A DNA stretch of 64,000 nucleotides from Utricularia gibba (Eukaryota > Plantae > Magnoliophyta), in contig CM007989.1 in the NCBI GenBank assembly GCA_002189035.1, positions 7,068,001 through 7,132,000 of the forward strand, given 5' to 3'. The notes below the pieces were generated by a model, which had not been told where the DNA came from, did not search any database, and saw only the letters and a program-made list of their open reading frames with translations. Shown in pieces: positions 36,767 to 49,618 of the stretch; the stretch's first letter is position 1, and each line of letters begins with the position of its first letter. The translations under genes and the position numbers were made by a program.

Positions 36767-39004
36767 TCAAACCAGAGGAAGAGGCAATCGTTCCAGAGCA
36801 TCATACACATGCCTCATAGAAGGCCTTTTATCTGGTGAAGATTGAGTGCAGGCCATTGCAATCTTAAGAACTGCGATCATTTCTTCTTCTCTGTCACCAT
36901 CCCCTGAAAGATTTGGATCCAAGACGTCCCAAACAGGTTTTCTCTCTTCGATACAGATTTGCATCCAGTGGACTAGGTCCATTTCTGAGCTGCCAACTTG
37001 AACAGAAGGTGATCTTCCTGTGATAATTTCAAGTAGAATCATTCCATAGGAGAAGACATCCCACTTTTGGGAAGGCTTCAGTGCTTTTAGTGCCTCCGGA
37101 GCTTGATAAAATTGGCTACATGACGATGTTGAGGAAAATGTTGCTGCCTCTGAAGCCGAAGCAATGCTCTGATGATGTGCTTGTACATTATCAGCAGTCA
37201 TTCGACTTGAATGCAGAGTTGGGGATTCCCCAGCAATGTTGGCAAGGCGACCAAGGCCGAAATCAGAAATTCTTGGCTCCATGTCCAGTCCAAGCAGTAC
37301 ATTTGACGGCTTCAGGTCTCCATGGACATACTTCTTGGGACTGAACTCATGCAGAAAAACTAGTCCTCTCGCAATTCCTTTCATGATTTTCAGACGAATG
37401 GACCATGAAAGTGGAGTGAATGTCGCCATCCCTGGCTTCCCTGTGCAAACAAAACTCCAAGCAGTCAGTAAGGCAACACGACAAGAAAGAAACAAGGCGC
37501 TAAAGGGTGAGAAAATCAAGCAATAACAATCTTTTCCTAAAAAGAAAGGTGAGAGCTTACCATGAATCGCCTGACCAAGATTCCCATTTGGTATGAAATC
37601 ATATATCAGCAACTTCTCATCAACAGACCAATAATAAGCTCTTAGTGTCACCACATTGGGATGCCTGAGCTTCCCAATGGCTTCCACTTCACTTTGGAAC
37701 TCCTTAAACCTTTGAGATCCTCCTTCTCCCAATCTTCTCACAGCCAAAATCAACCCACCATCAAGCACAACCTTATAGACAATCCCATTCCCACTCTTGC
37801 CAAGAACAAAAGCAGATGCCTTCAAAAGCTCATCGAGATCGAATCCCACGGCTGCATCCAACGGTACTAGATCATACTGTTCGATATTCTCAGAGAAACC
37901 CTCGGATTCCTCCTTTCTGAAACATAAGCATTCCTGTTTTCTTTTGCCACCCTTCCCACCATTTTCATCTCTTCGATTCCCGCGTGAAAATTTAGAGTAA
38001 CAGTATGAGAATAGCAGGCCTATTAAACAAATCCCAACTACATCTCCCACGATAATAGCAATCAAACCAGATTTACTCAGAGTTTGCCCACCAAGATCTC
38101 TTCTTCCATGGTTGTTGTTGGGCAAGTTTGGAAATGAATACGGGGAACCGCGATCGCCTTCAGAGGAACATAGATCCTTCAATGGAGGTCCACAAAGACC
38201 ATGATTTCCGATGAAAGCAGTAGGTCCTCTGTTTATCAAAGCTCCATTTTGTGGAATGGGGCCGCTTAAATTGTTAAAGGTGAGATCAATGTAAACCTTT
38301 TCTGGAAGATTTCCAAGACTTGGAGGGATTGAACCATTAAACTTGTTATGAGACAAATCCATGGTTTCTCGCATGTTGGAAAGATAACCCAAGTCATCAG
38401 GGATGGAACCAACAAAACCATTAAAAGAAAGGTCAAGCTTTTCAAGTAAAGACAAGCTTTTACCAAAGCCATCAGGCAAAAAACCAGTGAAGTTGTTTTG
38501 ACTAACATCCAAATTTCTTAGCCTCCTGCACTTAGTTAACGAAGCTGGTAATGACCCATTGAAAAAATTCTGTGACAAATCTAAAGTTTGAAGATACGGA
38601 AGGTTGCCAACCTCAACTGGCAGCGGCCCGGAGAAGGAATTCCCATAAATCACCAAACTTTGTAACCCCTGTGCCTTGAAGATCTCCGACGGTAATTCTC
38701 CATAAAGCTTATTGCTCCTCAAGTTCACATGCCTAAGCTGAGGGAGAGATCCAAGAGAAGAAAAAAGAATTCCGGCTAGTTTCTTCTTAGGAATGCTAAT
38801 AGATACAACTCTCTGCTCTTTACATGTAATGCCATTCCAAGAACAAGGGGTGTCATCTGACTGATTCCAATTGTTGAGTGCACCCTCAGGGTCCTCTGCG
38901 AGAAACGCCTTGAAAGACAGCAGAGCGATCCCCTCCTCATTCAGAGAGGCTACACCACAAATGCCACAACCAGCAAACAAAATCAACACCAAAGAGGCAA
39001 TCAT
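36767..39004 (-). CDS. ZAR1: LRR receptor-like kinase, ZYGOTIC ARREST 1-like, 2 exons
   Basis: Signal peptide [13 protein letters not shown] region, [34 protein letters not shown], a transmembrane helix, and kinase motifs [21 protein letters not shown] and DFG. One 120-nt intron at 37560-37441. Confidence 0.9.
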   Translation of the reverse strand: MIASLVLILFAGCGICGVASLNEEGIALLSFKAFLAEDPEGALNNWNQSDDTPCSWNGITCKEQRVVSISIPKKKLAGILFSSLGSLPQLRHVNLRSNKLYGELPSEIFKAQGLQSLVIYGNSFSGPLPVEVGNLPYLQTLDLSQNFFNGSLPASLTKCRRLRNLDVSQNNFTGFLPDGFGKSLSLLEKLDLSFNGFVGSIPDDLGYLSNMRETMDLSHNKFNGSIPPSLGNLPEKVYIDLTFNNLSGPIPQNGALINRGPTAFIGNHGLCGPPLKDLCSSEGDRGSPYSFPNLPNNNHGRRDLGGQTLSKSGLIAIIVGDVVGICLIGLLFSYCYSKFSRGNRRDENGGKGGKRKQECLCFRKEESEGFSENIEQYDLVPLDAAVGFDLDELLKASAFVLGKSGNGIVYKVVLDGGLILAVRRLGEGGSQRFKEFQSEVEAIGKLRHPNVVTLRAYYWSVDEKLLIYDFIPNGNLGQAIHGKLSPFFLGKDCYCLIFSPFSALFLSCRVALLTAWSFVCTGKPGMATFTPLSWSIRLKIMKGIARGLVFLHEFSPKKYVHGDLKPSNVLLGLDMEPRISDFGLGRLANIAGESPTLHSSRMTADNVQAHHQSIASASEAATFSSTSSCSQFYQAPEALKALKPSQKWDVFSYGMILLEIITGRSPSVQVGSSEMDLVHWMQICIEERKPVWDVLDPNLSGDGDREEEMIAVLKIAMACTQSSPDKRPSMRHVYDALERLPLPLV

Positions 39005-40240
39005 CTCCCAGAAACAGAGAGAAACAACAGCCCAAAGCAACAGAACCGAGCTTGGGTTTATTCGCTTCCTCCAGAAGCCTAACAAAAAGCCAAGCAGATA
39101 GGGGAGAAACAAAAGCCTGCAAATGAAAATGGAAAATGGGGGGTAGTTTGCAGGCTAGAGAGAGAGAGTGACTATGAACAGACGTAAGTGTGAAAGCCTT
39201 GACAGCCTGGGAAAGAAGGCGTTGCTTTCAAATCAGAAGGACCAGGCAAACACACCTCTGAGAGAACACTATCAATTCTGTGGGGGAGCAGAAAGCTTCA
39301 TGACGAAAATAAAAACGAAACGAAACTACCCACTGGACAAAATGTGAAGCTCCTCTTGCTCTCCTACAGAACCAGACAAGGGAATATGTTCTGCTCCGAT
39401 TGTTTCATTAGGAGCCGGACGATTCCCTTCACTCCACTTGCAATCAAAACAAGATTTGGTTCATGAGATTAGAACATAAAGAATTAGTTTTTATATGACT
39501 TTGAGTTAGTAATTAAAAATTTAAAATTAAATAAAAGAATGAGGAGTGTAGATTTAGATAAATTCGACCTTATAATATTAAACAAAAATAATTCAATTTC
39601 AGATTTATGGATATAATTTATAATATTTATATTAAATACTCGTAGACTTTTATTGAGTCGAGTCATGTGAGACCTGAGGGAGCAGCAGATGTCATAAATA
39701 TCTTATAGTAATATTATTATTAATAATATTATATAGGGAATAAATAATTGATTTTATTGATGTGGACCCGGGATGTGGTACTCCCTCTCCCCCCTCCCTT
39801 CAATGGTTTGGGGGTCACCTACTATCATCACTGTGCACCTCTTGTATATACCACCTAATCTTGAAATTAAATATTGATGTATATGATGAGCTATAATAAA
39901 TATAAATTATATTAAAAAAATAAATTTAATTAATTATTAATGATTTATAATATTTTATATATTTAAATTTTCGATATAAGATTATTTGTTCTAATATCAA
40001 ATCTTTAAAATGACTTCCCTAACCATTTAGGTATGCTTGATAGAAGATTTAGATGACTTTAATAAGTTTTTAGTTTTAATAAATCTTGTTTAACTAGAGA
40101 TTTTATACAAAAGTATTTTTCAGAAAAATGATTTTAAATAAAGTTAATAGACAAGTGGTTTTATTTAAAGATATATATTTGATTTTAATTAAATACTACT
40201 TTTAAAAACACTTCCTCAACTGAAATGAAGACTTCCCCTC

Positions 40241-41277
40241 AACGGCTTAATTTCCCCGTGAGTGCCGGAAGGGTCTCCGCTTCTATTTCTATTCGCACCA
40301 GAGAATTTTTTTCAGAGCAAGTGGGCCCGCTCCCAACGGTCGCCCACCTTTCGAAATTTTCCTGAAATTTGGTTGTTTTCTCCCAAATTCAAACACTACT
40401 GAACTGTTTACTGATTTGGGTGGGGCCCGCTGTGTTTCCAATCCAGGTTTTCCTCCAAGCAGTTATGTGTGGGCTGGCATTGGGTTAGGCCCAACTCTTT
40501 CATTAAATACTGCCGGCCCATCAATACATTAATTGAAATCCTTTTTCTTTTTTTTTCCTAGGGCGAGGCAAACATTTATGACCAAAATCCCCACCCTTGG
40601 GGTTGTAGCCCGGCGGGGCGGGGCGGGGGCGCGACACTGGTCACGTGCAGGGCACGTGGTGCCCGACCACTTGAAACACTCCACATCCGTTACGATTATA
40701 TTATTTAATATTCTTCATTAAATGACGTGGACAATTTGAAAATTACTTTTTTTTTTCGGTTGCAACCCCATCACGCCTTTTTCGTGCATCTTTAGTTCCC
40801 ACCAGTCGGCACGTAGAAGAACACCAAGCCCATTAATGCCTTTTTTTTAACTATTTTGAAAATATTATTTTATTTGTGAAAATATTAAATCTGAATTGGA
40901 ATTTCCGACGGCATTGGAATGTAGGCTGAAATTTAATCAGCCTGACCGTTCCAGGAGTTGGGGACCCCGGCGGAGCGGTCAACCATTTAACTCCGACCTT
41001 CGTTTCTCGCACGGCTGTTTTGTTCTCCGAGGGAGTCGCTCACGACGCACCGGAACCGAACCAGAAATGGTTTTGGTTTTCATCGAAATGTAAAATTTGT
41101 CTTCTCTCTTGAAGTGGATTAGTTGTTGTTTTGCTTTCTCCTGATGTTGATGCTTCTTCCCTTTTGTAACTACCGATTTCCTCATTTTCCGCGAAACTGG
41201 GTTTTGGAAACTCTACTATCTGTTCCTATTTTTCCTCTTCCACTGTTGCGGCGTCTTTATGGGAGATTTTGCAACGG
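40241..41277. promoter_or_regulatory. MSA-like AACGG cores and G-boxes in the divergent ZAR1/kinesin-7 promoter
   Basis: AACGG at 40241, 40335 (CCCAACGGTC fits YCYAACGGYY), 40946 (reverse) and 41273. CACGTG occurs twice near 40644-40660. Confidence 0.4.
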
Positions 41278-41934
41278 TTTCAGGTGGCGGCGTTTCGTGA
41301 AAGATCCTGCGTTCTCTGCCGGAGGCTGATGCAATGAAAATAAAAGGTATGTTCGCTCCGGGTCTCATTTTGTGGGATCAGTAAAAAGCTGAAGAGTATG
41401 CAGTACAGTCTGTCCTTGGACAGAGAGACGTAGTGGTTCGCAGGGTGAGGTCAGAGTACCCTCTTCTGGTTAATTGGAGTCTACTTCTTGTCGGTTTGAT
41501 GGGTAATCGGTTTTCGAAATCGTGGCTGGGTGTTAAAAAAATTTAGGGTCTTTGTCTAAAGGGGGTGGGGGTCCGATTTTCACGTGTGCCCGGCTTTTTG
41601 CTCAGTGGATCCCATGACTCAATACCGTTTCTTTGTGGTGAAGCATAGTTTGGTTCCTGTCAAAAATGCTGTCAATTCTGTGTTGCTGATAAACTGTCAC
41701 AACAAATGGAGAAAGATGTTTTTCTGTCTGAAGTGTGTATTTGAGGCCTAGGATCAGGGATAGTGGTTTGTTTTCGTGGATTACAACCAAGCTGCCTGGT
41801 TGTTTATAACCTACTCTTGCTAAAATGTTTCCAGATACCAACATTTTGGGCGATGAAAATTGGCGGTGCTTTAGCAGTATTCGGATGGGGAACAAAGCTT
41901 TTCATTGTAACTTGGTGGAATAGATTGTGAAGAA

Positions 41935-44900
41935 ATGGGAGAGGTGGGCGCGGAAGGCTTGATGGATTGGGGTAAGGTGCAAGGAGATGCTGAAGAAAGG
42001 ATTCTGGTTCTGGTAAGGTTGAGGCCTTTAAGTGAGAAGGAGACCCTGCAGAATGAGGTTGCAGACTGGGAATGCATCAACACAATGACGATTTTGTACC
42101 GGAACAGCCTGCAAGAGCGATCAGGCCTTCCAAAAGCATATTCATTTGGTTAGTGGTAGTTGCTCCTATTCCATCTTTTCCTCTGATTGATCCTGCAAAT
42201 ATTGATGTCGGTCAAAGATATGGTGTTTCTGATCTCCATGTTATGCCTGTAGACAGAGTATTCAGAGGGGATAACACAACCCGTGAAGTTTACAATGAAG
42301 GAGTGAAGGACATAGCTCTCTCTGTTGTTGGTGGCATCAACTGTAAGTTCCTCCTGAATGATTTAGATTCAAATTTGTAGCCTTCCTTTCACCAATGAAT
42401 TTCTTGACCTGCAACTGACTTACCGAACCTCGTCGGCCTAATGTATATCAGCAACTATTTTTGCGTATGGTCAAACAAGCAGTGGAAAGACATACACGAT
42501 GAATGGCATCACTGAGTATACAGTTGCTGATATTTATGAGTATATGAAGAAGGTATGCGCTTGACTAACTCCAAACACGAATATCCCCAGATGTTTACGT
42601 TCTTGCAGATAATTTCCATTTTCCCATTTTTTGACTCTCTTTATGAACGTGCGCCATGAAATCCAGCATGAAGAAAGAGAATTCGTGTTGAAGTTCTCTG
42701 CAATAGAGATATATAACGAAGTTGTTAGAGATCTCCTCAATGCAGACAATACCGCATTGCGGTTACTTGATGATCCTGAAGTGAGCATTTCATAACCTGT
42801 TTCAGCATGTTTATAGATATTTTTTTATTAATTTACTTGGGTTCAACTTGTAGAAAGGGACCATAATAGAAAAACTTACAGAAGAGACCTTAAGGGATTG
42901 GAATCACCTTAAGAAGTTGATGTCCATATGTGAAAGTAAGAACATTTCATCTCTGTACTGGCCTTCATATGCTTCTTTTTCTGCTTCTCAAGTGTATTTT
43001 GCTGGTTCCAACTTAGCACAACGACAAATTGCGGAAACCCAACTGAATGAAGCAAGTTCTAGATCTCATCAGATTCTGAGATTGGTTAGTTCGCTCCTCC
43101 CAATGGCATCCTGTTTCATTCTTAAGTCTCCACCTCCAGTTCTGTTTTCTGGAGAAACGATAATTTTAAAAACCTTGTTTCCCCTTTCTTCATTGCAGAC
43201 AATCGAAAGTTCCGCTCGAGAGTTCATGGGAAATAGCAACTCAACCACCCTTGCTGCTAGTGTGGTAGGACTATATTTTGTCAATTTTCTTGTATGCACT
43301 TGGTGTACCAACTTTGTGTGCATGTAGAATTTTGTCGATCTTGCTGGTAGTGAGCGAGCGTCTCAAGCTTTATCAATTGGGCAAAGACTTAAAGAAGGAT
43401 GCCACATAAATCGTAGCTTGCTAACTCTGGGGACTGTCATTCGCAAACTCAGGTAGAGTGCTTCAAGTTCCACTTGCGATGTTTAATCTCTCTCATCCAT
43501 AACTCCAGCAATTATACAAAATTTGACTGCAAGGACTGCACTCTAATGCAGCAAAGGGAGACATGGGCATGTGAACTACAGAGACTCAAAGCTCACACGT
43601 ATACTGCAGCCTGCGTTGGGGGCAATGCAAGAACAGCGATCATTTGCACCTTGAGTCCTGCTAGAAGCCACGTTGAGCAATCAAGAAATACCCTTCTCTT
43701 TGCCACCTGTGCCAAGGAAGTATCAACAAATGCACAGGTCAATGTAGTGATGACTGATAAGGCTTTGGTTAAACACCTTCAGAAGGAGGTAGCTAGGCTG
43801 GAAAGTGAGTTGAGAATCTCAGGACCAACTTGCGATCATGCTGCATTGCTCAGAAAGAAAGATGTGCGGATCGAAAAGGTTCCAATAGTTTTCTTCGTCC
43901 CTGATTTTGAATGCATAGAGAGCAGACATGTATAACTTTTTCTATTTGATCTACAGTTGGAGGAGGAGAATAGGGAGCTGAAGAAGCAACTTGATATTGC
44001 TCGGTCTCGAAACAATGATCTATTTAATGCTATTGAAGATTATAAATCTGCACTCGAAGCTACTGGAGTGCAAAGCGTTGACAGAGCTTTTTTGAGCAAT
44101 GGAGTTCCAGGCCCTCTCCCATCAGAGAACGAGCATGATAATTATTCGTCTGAAAGTGCTTCTTACCGTGGCCAAAGAATGGTTGACAGTCTGATAGGAT
44201 ATGGAGAAGATTCCGAAGAGATCTCTCCAGAAGCACACTGTGCTGATATGGATGAAAAGAACGGAGGTAAATCATATGAATCTTTTTCGCCAGCAACCAG
44301 CTGTAGTGAAGTATGCACTCCGAACCATGTGGTTAAATCATTTGCTTCAAGTAGACGTGCTGGTGGAAATGGTAATGACTCTGCTTGTGGTGAAATTGAG
44401 CACAGAGTACAAGGATTGCACAGCATGGATTCACTTGTCACGGATGCAAATTCTCCGAGTGTCCAATCAGATACAGCCGCCATGTGCTCGAATATTGGAC
44501 GAAGCAGAAGCTGCAGGGCATATTTCATGATAACAGGATCACCCAACTCGGAGATGCCTGATCAAAACGAGGCCACACCTCCAACTATTTTGGAACAAGG
44601 CTTCACAGAAAGGACAATCGGTGCCTTTACCAGGAAGCAATGGAAACTTCCACCCGTGATATACGGTGCAGATGGCTCAAGAATAACAAGGAATGATTCT
44701 CTGTCTTCTGGCTACCGCAGTTTCGTAGATGCAACAGTAGATCATGAAAGCTCAGCAACTCATTGGGATGAGGAGATTCCTACGCTCGGATCATTTGTTG
44801 CAGGACTTAAACAGCTAGCAAGGACTGAATATGAAAACCAGAGTGAACCACAGGTCAGGCATCCATTCCTGAGCTATGAAAACCAGAATCCCTGATTGTA

Positions 44901-45633
44901 AACTTCCATTATATTTTCAGGTTCAAGTGAAAGAAACAATGGATGATGAAGAGAGCTCCAAAGACCTTGACTTGAACACTTGGCCTGCAAGATTCGACAA
45001 GCTACGGAGCCAGATCATTGAACTCTGGCAGAGTTGCAATGTTTCATTGGTGCACAGAACATATTTCTTCCTCCTGATCAAGAAGGAATTGACATACTCC
45101 ATCTATGTGGAGGTTGAACACAGGAGACTTTCCTTCCTCAAGGAAACATTTTCTAGAGGTAATTCCGCTCAACAAGATGGCCGGGTTCTAACACAAGCAT
45201 CAAGGTAACTGGAAAACGAACACCTGAATTGAAAATAAGAATGCATCTATCCTGTAATGTCAAGTGATTTATGATCAAGAAGTTGAATTATACTGAAATC
45301 ATTTGCAGCAAGAAAGCTTTGCAGCGGGAAAGGGAGGTGCTGAGCCGGCTGATGTACAAGAGGTACACAGAACAGGAGAGGATCCAGCTATATGAGGAGT
45401 GGGGAATCGCGGTGAATTCCAAGAGGCGGCGGCTGCAGTTGGCACGGCGATTGTGGACTGATGCAGGGAGTTTGTATCATGTCGCAAAGAGTGCCGCCAT
45501 CGTTGCAAAGCTCATCGGTTTCTTGGAGAACGGACGCACCGTGGAGGAGATGCTTGGTCTCAGGTTTTCTCCAGCAGCGACGATCAGCCGGAGGTCTTTC
45601 AGATGGAAAGACGGTGTGAGTTCCCTTCTTTGA
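41935..45633 (+). CDS. Kinesin-7 (CENP-E/NACK-related, KIN-7E/F-like) with DUF3490-type tail (apparent 1-nt frameshift at 43618-43622)
   Basis: [29 protein letters not shown] (P-loop), [45 protein letters not shown], and a C-terminal [21 protein letters not shown]...[14 protein letters not shown]. Confidence 0.93.
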
Positions 45634-45821
45634 AGTGATTGAAATTTCAGTGTGAGTGAGCTTGCTGATTTAGTTGCCGAGTGTTGAACTTGTATTTCTT
45701 TCCCACTCCACTACAAAAATCAGAAAAATCCTACCACAAGAGCGCGAAGGCTTTGCCCCTCACTTCCTCTTCTCTGATTCCTCTTCTTTCACGGCGAGTG
45801 GTAGCAAATTCGCAAGAGACA

Positions 45822-47080
45822 ATGGCGAAGGACGAAGACATCGATCGTCTCCGCGAGTCGCCGAACAACGTATTCACCTACATTCTCTCCTTTCTACCAA
45901 TTACTACTTCTGCTGTAGCTACCAGCGCCCTTGCTAAAAGATGGACGCTTCTCTGGACGAGTCTCCCAAATCTGGTTTTCGATGTCGCCAAGGCATTCCT
46001 CTTCCGGCGATATCTCGGAAATTATTAATCATCGGGAAGCACTCCGTTTCTGAGATTCGAATTTTCAGACACGATTTATCGTCTTCTCGGTGAGTAATCT
46101 GCCGTTACTTTTCGATACTTCTCGCCTCAATTATCGTCTTTCCGATTCGAGTGATTTCAAAATGGAGTAATACATCTGCAAAGCAGTTGATCGTGAGGTC
46201 AAAAACCTTGAGATACAATGTTTCTTCTCGTTTAAACGCTACTGTGAAAACAAGATATCTGTTTCTCTGTTTGCTTCCAGGTTTCTTGTTAGTCTGAGGG
46301 TTAGTGGTCCTTACATCTGCATCCCTTCTGATGAAACATTTAGCCTGTCGAACTTGAGGAATATGTATTTGGAACTTGGAAGTGGTCATGAGCGCGGTGA
46401 CATGCGATCCGAGATCTGGCTCTGCTACAGATCCGTAGGCGAACCAGATCTCCTTGGATTCAGAGTGTGCGGCTACTATAACATGGGGTGCCATTTCGTC
46501 ATCGTGAGTTTGTTTTCTTCATCTTGTTGCAGGATCCCGGATAACCTTGCTCTTATTCCATTCACATGTCGTCTTAACTATAACATTTGGGTTCTCGATC
46601 TGCATTTTACTCCCTCCCAAGTACATCTTCTAAAATATATCTTCCCTTGCACAGGTAGTGGTGCTATCTTGTCTTCCCAGTGCAGTCCGATCTGATAACC
46701 TTCAATTTGTCCTCCGGCGTCTTAAGGATCCAGGAAAACTTATGGATTCACGTCCAAGATGTCATCTTTGAGGAAACTCTGCGTAGCTTTCTAATCGTGA
46801 TGTTCTTGTGAAGCTCCAAGAAAGTACTGGTAAACTGGCAAGGCTTGAGGCAAGTGTGGATGGAACCAGAAACACTATCTGAATGCAATAAGTACCATCT
46901 TGAATCTTTCAATATTCGAGGATTCAAGGGTTCGGAAAATGGTTTTCAGTTCATAGAGCATCAGTTAGATAAGGCTAGACCTTGAGCAACACTTCTATAA
47001 CATGGAACCCAATCCCTCTGATAAGATGGAGAAGCTTGAAACCATGAAAAGAACTTATGGCTACCTGGAATTTGTCGCCT
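45822..47080 (+). pseudogene. F-box/LRR/FBD-domain gene relic
   Basis: F-box-like start DIDRLRESPNNVFTYILSFLP..AVATSALAKRWTLLWTSLPNL, stopped at 46026-46028. LRR-like fragment LVSLRV..FSLSNLRNMYL. FBD-like fragment WMEPETLSEC..HLESFNIRGFKGSENGFQFIEH. Multiple stops and frameshifts. Confidence 0.75.
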
Positions 47081-47841
47081 CGGCCGACAGGAGATGATCT
47101 CTGGAGCCCATGGGAACTCTTTGTACGGATACCCCGCATCGGTATGGTCATTCTCTAGTGTTCAGATGGTTCCTTGTGGCTTTGGTTTTTGACAAATCTG
47201 TTGGCTGTTGATTTTGGATGGTGTTCATCCGTGATAATAAAACGGAAAAAACTATCTGATTTTAGATTTCGGATTAGAATATTGGGTCAATAAGAGTAGG
47301 ACACGTGTCCACTTCGTATTTGTGTGTTTTGGGTGGACCCAGGGTAAAAGTACATGCAGAGCAATAGGGATAGGCACAAACCTGATTTTGTGAAATACAC
47401 GACATTTTGATATCACTCTCTCTTTGGCTGGAGGGTTGCTGTTGTGTATGATTTCTGCGATTTGGAAGCCTTGAATGTTGATTCCGTGAACCAGTGAGGG
47501 ATACGCAGTTCTCTTTCGTACAGTTTGTCTACATCTCGGACCCGGAATTTTGTGTCGCCGTCCGATCCTACACTGCAGGTGAGACGGATTCGATTTGTTG
47601 AAAAATCCTTATTTGTATTTGTGAATATTGGAATTCAGTTAAGGTGAATTCATGCTCGCTACTGGAAACGTTAAAATTGGATTTCGAATCTCAAATTTTT
47701 TCTCCTTACAGTCGATTGAGCGCGAGGCGTACTTTTTTTAATGTGATTTTCAAGTGCTATGATGAATTCCCAACCCTTGCTGTGGATGAAGATTGGCTTT
47801 TTTTTGGATTTTTTTTTTTTTTTTTTTTTGAAAAACAAGGG

Positions 47842-49124
47842 ATGGATGGCGAACCAACGGACTCTTCCAATGATGCAAGGAAGGTTCAGAAAGCTGGCCG
47901 TGAAAAGTTGAGGAGGGACCGCTTGAATGAGCAGTTCATGGAATTGGGGAAAGCCCTTGGTAAAAAAAAAAAAAAACCTTGAATAGTTTAATTTTGTTGC
48001 TTGTTGCTTTAACCGACTGCAGTTGGATATACTTGATTAGTTCTTAACTTGTGGAACATGCTGCGGGATGTTTGTTTGCGTAGCAGTATTTAAACAACGA
48101 ATGCACAAGCTTGATGAATTTTGGATGGAAAACAGAAGAGCTCATCAGAAATTTCAATGGAGATGGCTATTCATATTGGTTGTGGTCTTTTCTTGCAGAT
48201 CCGGATAGGCCAAAGAATGATAAGGCTTCTATTATCATTGATGCAATTCAAATGCTGAAGGATTTGACGGGTCAGGTTGGCAAATTAAAGTCCGAGTGTG
48301 CATCGCTCACCGAGGAATCTCGTGAGGTGATATTTCGAATGATTTGTTTACTGCAATGAGTCATTCTAGGTAAAGATTTCACCAGCTTTTCTTATTTGTA
48401 CCAGCTAACTCAAGAGAAGAATGATCTCAGAGAAGAAAAGGCTTCTCTCAAGGCTGATATTGAAAACTTGAATGCGCAGTACGCACAAAGAGTTAGATCC
48501 ATGCATCCATGGCCTGGGATGGATCACTCTATGTTAATGCATCCAACTTCTTATGGATTCACAGTTCCAGTTCCTATACCAACCGCCCCTATCCCTTGCA
48601 CCCATCCGTACAGCCATACCCATTCTTTGTTAATCAAAATTCACCTGTAGTTGCTAGACCGGGCTCAACCTTTGTTCCTTACATGGCCCATAATCCTTCC
48701 ATGGTTGAGCAGCAATCTACTCAGCATGCCTCTCAGTCTCAAGTTATTCAACATGACAGCAGATCCATCTCTTCCAGCAGACATGACCCTAGAGGCAAGT
48801 CTCTGGACATGGAAAGTAGAATAGAGAGAAGTGATGAATCAAATGATGTTACCACAGACTTAGAGCTGAAAACACCCGGATCAACTTCTGAACAGGTGAA
48901 TCTCATCACTTAAACGCTCATTTTTAAGCATGTATGACAACGCTACAACTCCTTTTATTCATGGAACATTGCAGACTTCCTCTCCAGTGGCAAGAACACC
49001 GGAAAAACTGGTTAGAAAAGCAACCAGGCTTACAGGTGCAAGCACATCCAGTGGATGCTCGTCTTCCCGGAGCTCACGTTCCATCTCATCTGGCAGTAAT
49101 GCGGATGGGGGACACACTTCATGA
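47842..49124 (+). CDS. bHLH121: bHLH subgroup IVb transcription factor, bHLH121/URI-like (apparent 1-nt frameshift near 48596)
   Basis: ARKVQKAGREKLRRDRLNEQFMELG / DPDRPKNDKASI / SLTEESRE / LTQEKNDLREEKASLKADIENLNAQY / SNDVTTDLELKTPGSTS. A coding exon further upstream cannot be excluded. Confidence 0.85.
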
Positions 49125-49618
49125 CTTTGGAAGAGAATGGAAGCCTTCCTCGCCCTAAGGTGAAATACTTCTCATCCGGTTGATGATAAGCTTTCCAACC
49201 TTGGGCTTTAACTCCACCTCATGCTGACTATGTTGCAACGCCTACCGTGTAGGTAGGTGATCATGCTCCTTACTTGCAGCATGTGTGTATATCCAGAGCC
49301 TTGTAACAAAAGTGTGTATTCACTGTTCTTACGCCTGGCGCCGGGATGTGCGTTGGGTTCATTGTATTTTTTCAGGTAAAATTGTTTCTTTTTTTTAATG
49401 AAAAATAAGACATTTGTTAGAATTTTGGTCGATATTACTTCTCGTGGAACTGAATTCCGAAAGTAATCACAACAATAATTGTCAACTGAAAGTTTTCTGA
49501 TCGGCGAGGTCGGTGATAAATTCCGGGGTTCGGAGTTCTGCGCCTGTCGCAAAGAACAACTAGTTACTTGGAGAAGAAGTTAAGAAACCGAATTTCCCAG
49601 TTTTGCTTGCATGCCAAG

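Noticed and set aside
38937-39122. Longer N-terminus of the 781-aa ZAR1 ORF (non-ATG start at 39112)
   Set aside because: It is an artefact of alternative start codons; the signal peptide begins at the ATG at 39004.
40640-40662. GCAGGGCACGTG similarity to miR164
   Set aside because: Partial match only and no precursor hairpin; better explained as paired G-boxes.
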